Below are positions 52,556 through 62,394 of a stretch of DNA of 64,000 nucleotides, piece after piece; the first letter of the stretch is position 1; every line of letters begins with the position of its first letter. The notes under the pieces are model-generated. The model was given only the letters and a program-made list of their open reading frames with translations, ran no database searches and was not told the DNA's origin. Made by a program: the position numbers and the translations under genes. Source of the DNA: Vulcanimicrobiota bacterium (lineage in GTDB: Bacteria; Vulcanimicrobiota; Vulcanimicrobiia; Vulcanimicrobiales; Vulcanimicrobiaceae); NCBI GenBank assembly GCA_963777315.1, contig CAVZQC010000004.1:256001-320000 (forward strand). The letters are read 5' to 3'.

Positions 52556-54543
52556 GAATGCCAGCGAAGAAACCCGTGAATGTCGTTCGGTATCACGTAC
52601 TCCTCGTAGGGAACGTGCGCCAAGCGCAGACGCGCAACGAGATCGACCATCTGATGGAAGCGCACGTTGCGGTCGTCGTCGCCTTGAATCAGCAGTACGG
52701 GCGACTTCCACGTCGAGATGTAGGCGTCAGGCGACGATAGCCAAGCCGTTTTCAGGAACTTGCGGCGGTCGATCTGCTGATACCGCTGCTGCGTGGGCCC
52801 TCCGAACCATTCCGGAAACATCGTCCAATCGTGCACGCCGTGCCAGTCGACGCCCGCCTTGAAAATGTTGGAGTTTTTCGCCAGCGCCAGCGCAGTCAAA
52901 TATCCGCCGTAGGATCCGCCCCATATTCCGATTCGCTTGGCGTCGACGGCGGGATCGCGTTGCAGATATCGCGCGCCGGCCAGCACGTCCTGATACTCTG
53001 AGGCGCCCGCCGGCCCCGCATGCGCCGGATGGTGAAAATCGTGGCCGTATCCGATCCCCAAGCGGTAATTCACCGACAGCACGACAAAGCCGCGGTTCGC
53101 AAGGTATTGGTTTTCTGCGTACCCGTACGTGTAGTAATCGAAGTAATGCCAAGTCAAAAGCATTTGCCGGGGAGGCCCGCCGTGAACGAAGATGACCGCG
53201 GGCTTTTTGGCCGGCGAACCGGGTGAATCGAACAGCTGTCCGTGCACCAACGTGCCGTCGCCGGATCGAAAGGAAACTTCTTTGGGCACCACCAGGCTGT
53301 CGGTCGGGAAGTCGTTCGGTATTTGATCCGCATCGAGCGTTCGCCCATTGTAAACGATCGTGGTGGGCGCTTTGGCGCCGGCTTGAACGTACGCTACGCC
53401 GCCGTCGGTCGCTGCGGGCCACCACTCGCTGTTGGTGCCGCGCGTTACCTCGACCGGCGTTCCGCCGCCGGCGGAAACGCGAAAGATGTGACGGCGATCG
53501 TCGTCGCCGGGAGTGCTCCCGCTGTTTGCCGTGTAGTAGATGCTGGCCAGATCGGGCGATACCGCCGTGTCTTCGATCACGTAGTTGCCGGGCGTGAGAA
53601 GGCGCGGCGTTCCGCCTTGCGCGGCGATTTCGTAGATGTGCGGCCAGTTCGACTGTTCGGAAATGAAGATCAGCCGATCGCCCGCGACCCAATTCAGCTG
53701 CGGGCCTTTGATTTGGGGCAGCGAGTCGCGCAGCGAATCGCCGCTGTGCCAGATCTGACGGCCTTGGCCGCCGGCGGCATCGGCCGTCCAAATGGCCCAC
53801 GTTTGCGGATGGCGCGCGAGCGGATCCTGCGGCGGTCCTCCGCTTCCCGGAATACGCACAAACGCAATGCGCGAGCCGTCCGGCGACCATTGCGGCGAAA
53901 AATCACGCGAGGTGGACGGGGCGAGGTATTCAATCGGCGTATCGCCGTTGCGGTAGAGCCCGATGAAACTGTGGTCGCCGCGATCCGAGGTGAACGCGAG
54001 TGCTTTGCCGTTCGGCGCCCATTGCAGTTCGGAGTCCTCGCCGCGGTCGAAAAATAAGCGCGAAGAGGCTTTACTGCCGTCGATAGGTGCCGACCACACC
54101 GACGGATCCGGATCGTGCACGAATGCGACGGTCGTGCTGTCCGGCGAGATCACCGGAGAATCGCCGTTGCCGAGCGCTTTTGGGGCCCCTCCCGACGTGG
54201 CAATGGAGAAGACTTGGAGCTGCGGCTCGATCGGACTGGAGTTCGGATCGGGCCACGGACGGACTATCCAATTCGAATCGTGCGCGCCGCCGCGCGCGTA
54301 TACGACGTATTTGCCGTCTTTGGACACGGCCAGACCGGTGATCTCCTGTCCATCGTCCGATTGCGAGCTCCACAGCATGCGCGCAGCATAGTTCGGTCCG
54401 GGTGCAAACCAGATGCTGCGAACGCCGCTTTCGTTCAGGACGTAAGCGATGCTGTGGCCGTCGGCGCCTTGCACCAGCGCGGCGGGAAACGGCAGACCCA
54501 ACACTTGGGCCAGCGAAAACAGGGCGGCAAGAAGAACGTGCAC
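52498..54543 (-). CDS. Secreted S9 dipeptidyl/acylaminoacyl peptidase
   Basis: SPDG repeats; VHGGP, VNYRLG, GGSYGG, DDRNV, IHG. Confidence 0.93.
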   Translation of the reverse strand: MHVLLAALFSLAQVLGLPFPAALVQGADGHSIAYVLNESGVRSIWFAPGPNYAARMLWSSQSDDGQEITGLAVSKDGKYVVYARGGAHDSNWIVRPWPDPNSSPIEPQLQVFSIATSGGAPKALGNGDSPVISPDSTTVAFVHDPDPSVWSAPIDGSKASSRLFFDRGEDSELQWAPNGKALAFTSDRGDHSFIGLYRNGDTPIEYLAPSTSRDFSPQWSPDGSRIAFVRIPGSGGPPQDPLARHPQTWAIWTADAAGGQGRQIWHSGDSLRDSLPQIKGPQLNWVAGDRLIFISEQSNWPHIYEIAAQGGTPRLLTPGNYVIEDTAVSPDLASIYYTANSGSTPGDDDRRHIFRVSAGGGTPVEVTRGTNSEWWPAATDGGVAYVQAGAKAPTTIVYNGRTLDADQIPNDFPTDSLVVPKEVSFRSGDGTLVHGQLFDSPGSPAKKPAVIFVHGGPPRQMLLTWHYFDYYTYGYAENQYLANRGFVVLSVNYRLGIGYGHDFHHPAHAGPAGASEYQDVLAGARYLQRDPAVDAKRIGIWGGSYGGYLTALALAKNSNIFKAGVDWHGVHDWTMFPEWFGGPTQQRYQQIDRRKFLKTAWLSSPDAYISTWKSPVLLIQGDDDRNVRFHQMVDLVARLRLAHVPYEEYVIPNDIHGFLRWHSWYEADSHTSDFLLAHLHP

Positions 54544-54547
54544 GCTT

Positions 54548-55081
54548 TCAATACTCCGTCGAAGTGCCCGACATGCGAGCTTTTTCCACCATTTCTTTCA
54601 TCCGCGGATGGTCGCCTGGTATCGTCGTCACCCACCGCTCGAACCGCGGCACGGGTTCGTTGACGAGGAACAGCAGATACCACACGTTCATCTCGCCCAT
54701 GAATTTGAAATTGCGCCGAATGTCCTTACTGAGCGAGGCGTAGTCGGGAAAGGATCGCAGATAGTTGGCAAAACCGCAGTGGCGGCCATCCAGGGCGAGC
54801 AACGTGCGCGCATTGTCGATCGTGGCGCGAATCTTGCGCGCACTATGCAGCACGTGGTCCGCATGCATCAGGCGATCGACGTCCCCCTCGGTGTATCGGG
54901 CCACCATCTGCACGGCGAAACCGTCGAACGCATCGCGGTATGCGGACCAGCGCTGCGCGATTGCGGCCCAACTCAGTCCCGCTTGGAACACGGCGCGAGT
55001 GATGACTTCCAAGTAATCCGAAAGATTCGGGTTCTCTACTCGATCCGGGATTACGCCGACCGGACCTCGGACCGCCGCCAT
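54548..55081 (-). CDS. DNA-3-methyladenine glycosylase I family protein
   Basis: FQAGLSWAAI, AFDGF, KIRATIDNAR, FKFMG; TAATG overlap with the upstream gene. Confidence 0.85.
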   Translation of the reverse strand: MAAVRGPVGVIPDRVENPNLSDYLEVITRAVFQAGLSWAAIAQRWSAYRDAFDGFAVQMVARYTEGDVDRLMHADHVLHSARKIRATIDNARTLLALDGRHCGFANYLRSFPDYASLSKDIRRNFKFMGEMNVWYLLFLVNEPVPRFERWVTTIPGDHPRMKEMVEKARMSGTSTEY

Positions 55082-56262
55082 TACGGCGCGTTCCGTGGAG
55101 CGTCGAATGCAAGCGCGGCCATCATGGCGATGCCCGCCGGCAACGCGGATTCGTCGATGTCGAACGTGCTCGAATGGTGCGGAGCGGACGTGCCGGAATC
55201 TCCGCGCGCTCCCAATGTATAAAAGCACGCGGGAACGCGCTGGGCAAAAAACGAGAAGTCCTCCGCGCCGGTGAGTTTGTCGGCGGTGACGACCCGCTCT
55301 GCGCCGACGACGCGCTCGGCCAACGCCCGCGCATAACGCGTCTGCTCGACGTCGTTTGACGTGACGGGGTACCGGCGAAGGTACGTGAAGTCGTACGCCG
55401 CGCCCATTGCCTCGCAGCACGAACGCAGGACTCGTTCGATGCGTTCGGGCATCGCGTTGCGCACTTCGTCCGAAAATGCCCGCACCGTTCCGAGCATCCG
55501 CACCGTACGTGGAATGACGTTGTGAATGGTACCGCCGTGAATGGAACCGATCGTTACGACGGCCGGTTCGAGCGGATCGACGTGTCGCGAGACCACTTGC
55601 TGCACGGACGTGATGAAATTGGCGGCGGTGTAAATTGGATCGACTGCGTCGTGCGGGGCCGAGCCGTGTCCGCCCTTGCCCAGCACGTCGATCTCCACCG
55701 AGTCGCTGGACGCGTAGAACGGACCCTCACGAAAGCCGAGCAGCCCTGCAGCGAGCTTGACGTTCAAGTGCAGACCGTACGCGCGCTCTATGCCGAAGCG
55801 CTCGATGACGCCTTGTTCGACCATGACCTGCGCCCCACCGGCCCCTTCCTCCGCCGGCTGGAAAAGCAGGCACACCGAGCCGCTCAGGCGGTCCTTGCCG
55901 GCGGCGATCAGTTCGGCGGCCGCCAACAGGATGGCGACGTGCCCGTCGTGACCGCACGCGTGCATTTTGCCGGCCGTTCGCGAACGGTACTCGTGCTCGT
56001 TTTCCTCTTGGATGGGCAGTGCGTCCATGTCGGCCCGCAGCATGATCGTACGGCCGGGCGCGTTGCCCGACATGATGCCGACCACTCCGGTGTTCGCGAT
56101 GCCGGTGTGCACGTCGTAGCCCAGCGCCTGCAGGCGCTGCGCCACGATCGCCGAGGTTCGATGCTCTTCGAACCCCAGCTCGGGATGCATGTGAAAGTCT
56201 CGCCGCAGCGCTACGGCGGTACGGGCAAGCTCCTCGGGGACCTCTACGGCTGTCGTCAACAT
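55081..56262 (-). CDS. M20D amidohydrolase
   Basis: HMHPELGFEE, RADMDALP, MHACGHDGH, FQPAEEG, GKGGHG, GAEDF. Confidence 0.95.
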   Translation of the reverse strand: MLTTAVEVPEELARTAVALRRDFHMHPELGFEEHRTSAIVAQRLQALGYDVHTGIANTGVVGIMSGNAPGRTIMLRADMDALPIQEENEHEYRSRTAGKMHACGHDGHVAILLAAAELIAAGKDRLSGSVCLLFQPAEEGAGGAQVMVEQGVIERFGIERAYGLHLNVKLAAGLLGFREGPFYASSDSVEIDVLGKGGHGSAPHDAVDPIYTAANFITSVQQVVSRHVDPLEPAVVTIGSIHGGTIHNVIPRTVRMLGTVRAFSDEVRNAMPERIERVLRSCCEAMGAAYDFTYLRRYPVTSNDVEQTRYARALAERVVGAERVVTADKLTGAEDFSFFAQRVPACFYTLGARGDSGTSAPHHSSTFDIDESALPAGIAMMAALAFDAPRNAP

Positions 56263-56339
56263 AGTCCAATCGCGGCGCAGAAAAAGCGTTCCGGCTAAAA
56301 GGGACTTTTGTCGCAGACGTTGCATACCCTGGCACACGC

Positions 56340-56618
56340 TTGGGGACCGCTATTGCAGAACATGACCTTGAATCGGAATCCCGCTTGTCGTGCTGGCGGT
56401 GTTGGTCGATCCGGCGGTTCCGGCCGCCCTCGCAGCCGTAGTGAGCACTTTGCGATCGGCCGTCTTCGGACGGGCTTTCAGCGTAATTGCAAACACCATA
56501 ACCGCGTGGTAGGATGGCCGGGTAAATCTGGTTTCGAAGTCCGCAAAGTCCGTTTTTATAAGGCACTAGGCGAGTCGAATCAGGCCCAAAACAACCACGT
56601 AACAAGGAGTCTCGTTTA
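56340..56618 (+). other. Long structured 5' leader / candidate cis-regulatory RNA
   Basis: Hairpins 56413-56428 and 56460-56473 (cUUCGg); helix 56449-56456 with 56486-56493; alternative partner 56542-56549. Confidence 0.4.
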
Positions 56619-56936
56619 GTGTACGTTGATGAAATGTTGAATTGCGTGGACTGCGGACGGCAGTTCGCGTTCACTGCGGGCGAGCAGCAGTTCTACGCCA
56701 GCAAGGGTTTCCAAAACAAACCCAACCGGTGTCCGGATTGCCGTCAGGCGCGCAAGCAAATGCGCTCGACGTCGGGCGGCAGCGCAGGCATGGGCGGCGG
56801 CGGGGGACAGCGCCGGGAAATGTACCAAGCGACGTGCAGCCAGTGCGGCGGCGTTGCGGAAGTGCCGTTCCAGCCGCGCGGCGACAAGCCGGTCTACTGC
56901 CGCGACTGTTTCCAGTCTCGTCCGAGCTACCGTTAG
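56619..56936 (+). CDS. Double zinc-ribbon protein (zf-trcl plus CxxC-x17-CxxC)
   Basis: CVDCG..FTAGEQQFY..PNRCPDCR and ATCSQCG..VPFQPRGDKPVYCRDCF; AAGGAG RBS at 56604-56609. Confidence 0.93.
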   Translation: MYVDEMLNCVDCGRQFAFTAGEQQFYASKGFQNKPNRCPDCRQARKQMRSTSGGSAGMGGGGGQRREMYQATCSQCGGVAEVPFQPRGDKPVYCRDCFQSRPSYR

Positions 56937-56960
56937 GGGCGGTTCGTTCGAATCGTTCGC

Positions 56961-56991
56961 AAGGGTCCGCCGAGTACGCGGGCCCTTTTTC
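56961..56991 (+). terminator. Rho-independent terminator
   Basis: AAGGGTCCGC..GCGGGCCCTTTTT hairpin between convergent genes. Confidence 0.75.
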
Positions 56992-56998
56992 ATGTGCG

Positions 56999-58447
56999 CT
57001 ACGCCATTGCCTCGATGGTGCGCAGCCTGCGGGGAAACACCAGGGCTACGCAGGCGCATACCGCCGCGTTGAGCGCGAGCGCTATGAAACCCGAGTTGAT
57101 GCCCCATGGGCCGGACGTGGAATGCAGCGCGTATGCCGCTACGATTTCGCCCGCAACCAGCCCGCTTCCGACCGCCCACGCGCCGACTCGTTTCCACACG
57201 AGCGCAAAAATGACGCCGGGGAACAGCTGCGTTACGCCGTTGTAGTAAAACAGCAGCAGATCGACCAGCGAGGTCTTTGCGAAGATCCAAAGCACGAGCG
57301 CCAAAACGGCCACGGCCAGCACCAGCACGCGCGTCCACAGCAGCCGCGACCGGTCCGTCTTGGCAACCCCGAACGCGTCGGTCAAGACGTTCTTGGAAAA
57401 GATGCTCGCGGCTCCGAGCAGCAATACCGAAGCGGGCAGCAGCGCAGCCAGGCATCCCGTACCGGCGATCAATCCTAGTACCCAAGCCGGATAGTACCGC
57501 TGCAGCAGCAGTATGAAGGACTGATCGGCAGCCGGTCCTTTGAGGCCCGGAACGACGGAAAGCGCGGTGAAACCGGCCAGCAGCACAAAGACGAGCACCA
57601 CCTGGTAGAACGGCATGAAGATCATGTTCCGCCGCACGGTGTCGCCGGAATGCGCGGAATAGATCGACTGCGCGCTGGCAGGACCCATAAAGAACCCGAT
57701 CGACGTGAGCAGCACGGTGGAAACGTACCACACTTCTCCGTAGTTTGCCGTTGACGGCGCGAGCGTCATCCAGTGCGGATGCAACTGCAGAACGCGGTCC
57801 AGCATCGCGCCGGTCGATCCGAAAAAGTGAATGGGCAGAACGATGCCGGCGAACAACACGGCAAGCAGGACCATCGTGTCCTTGAGCACGCTCGCCCAAG
57901 CCGCGCCGCGCAGGCCGGCCGTGAAGACGAACAGCGCGATCAGAATGAATGCTGCGCTTACGGCCGCGAGCGCATCGTAGCGGCCGTAGCCTGCAAGCGT
58001 GAGCAGAATCTGCAGTCCCGTCAGTTGAAGCGTGACGTAGGGAACGGTCAGAAAAAACTGCAGGACGCCGACGAGGACCGCAAGCGCGCGGCTTGCGTAG
58101 CGATCGTGGAAAAAGTCGCCCCACGTCAGGAAGTTGCGTTCTTTGCCGATTCGCCATACCTGCGGCAGGTAAAAGTATCCGATCGTGTACGCGACCGATC
58201 CGTACGCCAAGATGTAAAACGCCGGCGCGCCTTTACCGTAAGCCCAACCCGCGGCCCCCAAAAACGTGAAACTGGTGTAGATTTCGCCCGCCAGCAAAAT
58301 CCACAGCAGCAAGGCGCCGAACGAGCGGCCGCCCACGATGTATTCCTGCGGATTCATCTTAAAGCGCCGAACGCTCAGCAGAGCAAAAGCGATCGTTCCA
58401 GACACGATGACCGCAACGATCGGCAGGGCTACCGCTTCGGGTTTCAG
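56999..58447 (-). CDS. Sodium:solute symporter family protein (exact start uncertain)
   Basis: EYIVGGRSFG, AGEIYTSFTFLGAAGWAY and many TM segments; paired with DUF3311. Confidence 0.9.
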   Translation of the reverse strand: MKPEAVALPIVAVIVSGTIAFALLSVRRFKMNPQEYIVGGRSFGALLLWILLAGEIYTSFTFLGAAGWAYGKGAPAFYILAYGSVAYTIGYFYLPQVWRIGKERNFLTWGDFFHDRYASRALAVLVGVLQFFLTVPYVTLQLTGLQILLTLAGYGRYDALAAVSAAFILIALFVFTAGLRGAAWASVLKDTMVLLAVLFAGIVLPIHFFGSTGAMLDRVLQLHPHWMTLAPSTANYGEVWYVSTVLLTSIGFFMGPASAQSIYSAHSGDTVRRNMIFMPFYQVVLVFVLLAGFTALSVVPGLKGPAADQSFILLLQRYYPAWVLGLIAGTGCLAALLPASVLLLGAASIFSKNVLTDAFGVAKTDRSRLLWTRVLVLAVAVLALVLWIFAKTSLVDLLLFYYNGVTQLFPGVIFALVWKRVGAWAVGSGLVAGEIVAAYALHSTSGPWGINSGFIALALNAAVCACVALVFPRRLRTIEAMA

Positions 58448-58638
58448 GCGCTGCGCCTCAGGCGATCGACTCCGTACAGGAACACCGGCGTAACCACCAC
58501 CCACGCGACGATCCACGCCATCAAAAATGGAAAGCCCAAGATCCGGGGCTGCGTGTGATTTGCAAGCGGCACGGCAAACGTCAGCATGACGACCGGAACG
58601 GCGGCAAGGACTGCCCGTAAAACGCCACGCGGCTTCAT
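58444..58638 (-). CDS. DUF3311 small membrane protein
   Basis: VPLANHTQPRILGFPFLMAWIVAW directly upstream of the symporter. Confidence 0.85.
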   Translation of the reverse strand: MKPRGVLRAVLAAVPVVMLTFAVPLANHTQPRILGFPFLMAWIVAWVVVTPVFLYGVDRLRRSA

Positions 58639-58646
58639 GGGCGGCG

Positions 58647-61600
58647 CTAGATATGGATCTTCAAACTGAAGTACACCGAGAACGGGTTGAGCATGGAACT
58701 GGTAAGGTCGTTATACGTTCCAAAACCGGGTTCGTAGGGATATTTGAGCATCGTTTGGACGTTGTCGCCCGGGTTGTAGACGTTGCCGACGGGCGAGAGG
58801 ATGCCGCCCGCCACCGAACTGTACGAGCAGACGTTGGAGCTCCAGTAGTACGTGAACGGCGTCTGCTGTCCGCCGAAGCACCGGCTCACGAGATTTGCGA
58901 GCGTGATGACGCCGGTAACTTTGGGCGAGAAGTCGTACGACAGACGCAGATGCATCAGGAACTGCGACGGCTGGCGGAATGCGCCCAAACCGTCGAATTG
59001 TCCGGTGTACGAATCCGGAATCGCGTTGAGCGTTCCGGCGCACGTCGTTGCATCGTACGGCGAGCCGCCGGCGGCACCGTACGGATAGCGCGGATCGCCG
59101 CTGGTGCTGCCGCCGGCAGCCGAGCACCCCAACGCCGGGTCGATGCCGGGCATGGTTTCCGGCGCTCCGTACCGATTGCCCGCGACGAATTGGAACGACG
59201 GCGTTATCGCCAATTTCTTGTGTTTGTACTGCAAGATCAGCGATGCAACGTACGGATAGGTGTATGCGTTTACCCCCGTACCGATGCCGCCGGGAATGGT
59301 CGAGTACGGGAGATATTCGGCGTTGGGATCGAAGAGCGATTGAACCGGTGCGTTCCAGTACGGGTTGGCGATGTCGCCGCCGGCGCAGGCTCGGGTCGGG
59401 CGTTCCGCTTGAAGCGTAGCAGGCTGCCGCCGGTGTGCCGTTGGTGGTGCTGCCGCAGCGGCTGTCCGAGTGGTGTGAGGCGCAGTACGACGTGTACGCG
59501 TTGTAGGTCTGAATGTCGGCATTGATGGGACTGAGCACGGTCGTGCCGTTGGGCAAACCGCTGAACTTGAGTTTGGCGTAGGTATAGGCAAAACCCAGCT
59601 GGGCCGCAAAACCGTCGCGGGCGAAATCGCCTTTGGTGAAGGCAAACTCGACGCCCGACGACGTTTGGTTGCCCGCGTTCAGCCCCGAAATGAACCCCTG
59701 TTTGATGTCGAGGTAGAAGTTTTCGATCTGATCGTGCGTTTGGCGCAAAAACGGAGTGACTTTGATTGCCATGTCGGTTCCGTTGAACTGATGTTCGTAC
59801 GAAAAATCGTAGTTGTAGGAAACCGCCGGGCGAACTGCATGCCCGGGCGTATTGAATCCTAGGGAGTAGAACGGAACCAGCGCGTCGGGCAGATTCTGCT
59901 GCAGCGCATCGTACTGCTCGTAAGCTGCGGACGGCTGCTCGTTGTACTTGCCGAAGCTGGCGCGCAGGACCGTCGCAGGACTGAGCGTCCAGGTCGCGCC
60001 GATGCGCGGCTGCAGGATGTTGTAGGTGAAGGTTTGGTTCGGTACGTTTTGCAGGTTGGCCGCAACGTACTGCGAGCCTGCGGTCGAGCACGCTGCGCCG
60101 ATGGGAATAGAGGAGCCGTCCGCAAGCAGGGTCTTGTCGTACAGCGTGAGATTTTGCGTGTCGTAGCACGTGTCGTTGTTGAACGCGTTGAACCAGAAGG
60201 CGCGCGCCGGCGTTGCGGTCGTGTTGTCGCCCACGTACTGATAGCGGTCCAGCCGCAGGCCCAAGTTGAACAGCAGATGGTCGTTCGGGCGCCATTCGTC
60301 GGTTAGCGAATAGCCGAAGAAATTGGGCGTGACCGTATTGTATTTGCCGTACGCGCCGTTTTCCACCGCGTACAGCGCGCAAGGACCGCCGCCGCACGTT
60401 TGGGTCGAGAGCACCGCAGAGTTAATCGCATTGCCGTTCGTATCGGTCAGCACGGAAGGGCTGCTGTAGAACGTATTCGCAAGCGAAGCGAAGGACGCCG
60501 GCGTTCCCACCGGGATGACGCTTCCGCTGCCGCAGCTCGTCGGTGTGGCGGGTCCGGCCGTGCCGGTGAGCGCGTAGCACACTCCGTGGGTAATGTCGTT
60601 CGGGTTGACGACGACGGCAAAAGCATCGGCGGGGTCGTACATCTGCGCGTTGTTGACGCGCTCGGAAGTCGCCGTCGTGTACGATGCCTCCGCCTGGAGC
60701 AGATGATTGCCGCCGAGCTGCTTGGCGAAAGTCGCGCTTACGCCGCGCGTATGTGAAGCGACCTCATAATCGTTCGAGTCGAACCCGGTGTATGGCTGCC
60801 ACGATGAGACCGCGCCGGTCGAGACGTAATCCGAGTAATACGTATAACCGTACACGCGCAAAAAGGCGCTGGTGGAAAAATTTTTCTGATACTGCAGCTT
60901 GACGATGTCTTGGTCGTTGAACTGCTGGTCGCGAGTAGTCAGGGGCAGCGGCGCAAAGAGCGCGCGATTGGCCGGCGACGAGGGAAAGAGGTAGGGCACC
61001 ACGCTGCCGGCCGAGGCATCCGTCAGGAACTGCCCGGGCTTGCCTGCGAACTGGTAGCTGTCCGTGTAGTAGGGAAGAGTCGTTCCAAACGGCAGCGTTA
61101 TGCCGGGCAGAAGATTGCCTGAGGCATCGTTGTTGTACGTGGTTCCTTGAAAGTTGAGCAAGCCTTCATCCAATGGCGAAACGAACAGCGGCGTAGTGAT
61201 CGAATCGACGTCGTAGAGCAGCTGAACGTCGTCGTGAAGGCCGCTACTCTTGTGCGGTATGCCGAAGTGCAGGTTGACCACCGTGGTGCGGCCGATCACG
61301 CTCGCGGGCGGCAACGATCCGAACGGCATGGGGCCAAGAATGTAACCCGGCGCGCCGGCCGCGCTCACGTTGGGCATGCCGTTGGTCAGACACGACGGCG
61401 GCGGCTGCGGTCCCAAGTTGGCCGGCAGCTGGCATTGATCCAACACCGGCCCGAACTCGTCGGCGAGCGAAGCGCCGTTGAACTGATCGATGTAGCGATA
61501 GTCCTGATTGTAGCCGCCGATTCCGACGTAGTAATTGAACGAGCGATCCGGCGACGATCCGCCGGCCTCGACGTCGGCTTGGTGGTAGAACGTCGGCGCT

Positions 61601-62394
61601 CCGGCCGACAAGCTTACGTTCGCGTAACCGGGATACGTTCCGGATTTGATTACCTGATTGACGAAACCGGCCAGGCCTTGCGCCTCGGCGTTCGCGGGCG
61701 TCGCGCCCGTGTACACCTGCAGCTCGAGCTGGCCCAACGAAGAAGCGCCCCCGCCGGGGTAATTGTCAAAGCCCCGGTTGATCGGGATGCCGTCGAACTC
61801 ATAACCGACTTCGCTCGAATCCCCGCCGCGCACGTGCACGGCTTGATTGTAACCTTGCTGATTCGAGGGGACGTATGCGCCGGGCGCTGCTGCGATTGCG
61901 GAATAGGCGCTGTTCAAATTGCCGCCGCCTCCCAGCGCGCTGGTGCGCTCCTGTTGGGCCGCATTGACGGAATACACGTCGGCCGTAGTTCCCGGGCGCA
62001 CCAGACTCGCCGCGCTGCGGGACGTTACGTTGGCGATCGTCTTGAGCGTTCTGTGCATGGAAATCGTCACGACTTGCGATGCGTCGGCGAACACGGCGAT
62101 GTTGGACACCGAAGCGGTGTCGTAACCGGTCTGCTGCGCACTCACGGTGTACTCGTCCGGAATCAACGAAACGAACGTGTAGCGGCCGCTCGCGTCGGTG
62201 GTCGCGCCCGCGCTCTGCGAAGGGCTGATAGCAGTGACCTTTGCACCGGCGATAGGCGTTCCGCTCGCCGCGTCAAGGACGGTCCCGTTGATGCGCCCGG
62301 TCGTGCCGGCAATAACGGGCCGGCAGGGTGCAAGAACGAGGCAAACGATTGCGGCAAGCGATGCGATCGCGCGGAATACGTTTCGCAGATTCAT
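58647..62394 (-). CDS. Large Cys-rich TonB-dependent (Oar-like) receptor, frameshift near 59389
   Basis: Signal peptide, AGTTGRINGTV, VHVRGG..YEFDGIP, GFVNQV, NLGLRLD, QPRIGAT; C-terminal VYFSLKIHI in the second frame. Confidence 0.87.

Noticed and set aside
56330..56344. Sigma54 promoter TGGCACACGCTTGGG
   Set aside because: Has GG instead of the invariant GC at the -12 position.
56370..56590. Cobalamin riboswitch
   Set aside because: Only loose resemblance (CGCAGCCGTA); the core GGGAA..GGTG.AA.TCC and B12 box are not convincingly present. Needs an Rfam scan.
21391..62394. Split genes as true pseudogenes or programmed frameshifts
   Set aside because: One +1 break per gene, no further decay, no slippery heptamers, and a shared AGCT context; sequencing error is more parsimonious.
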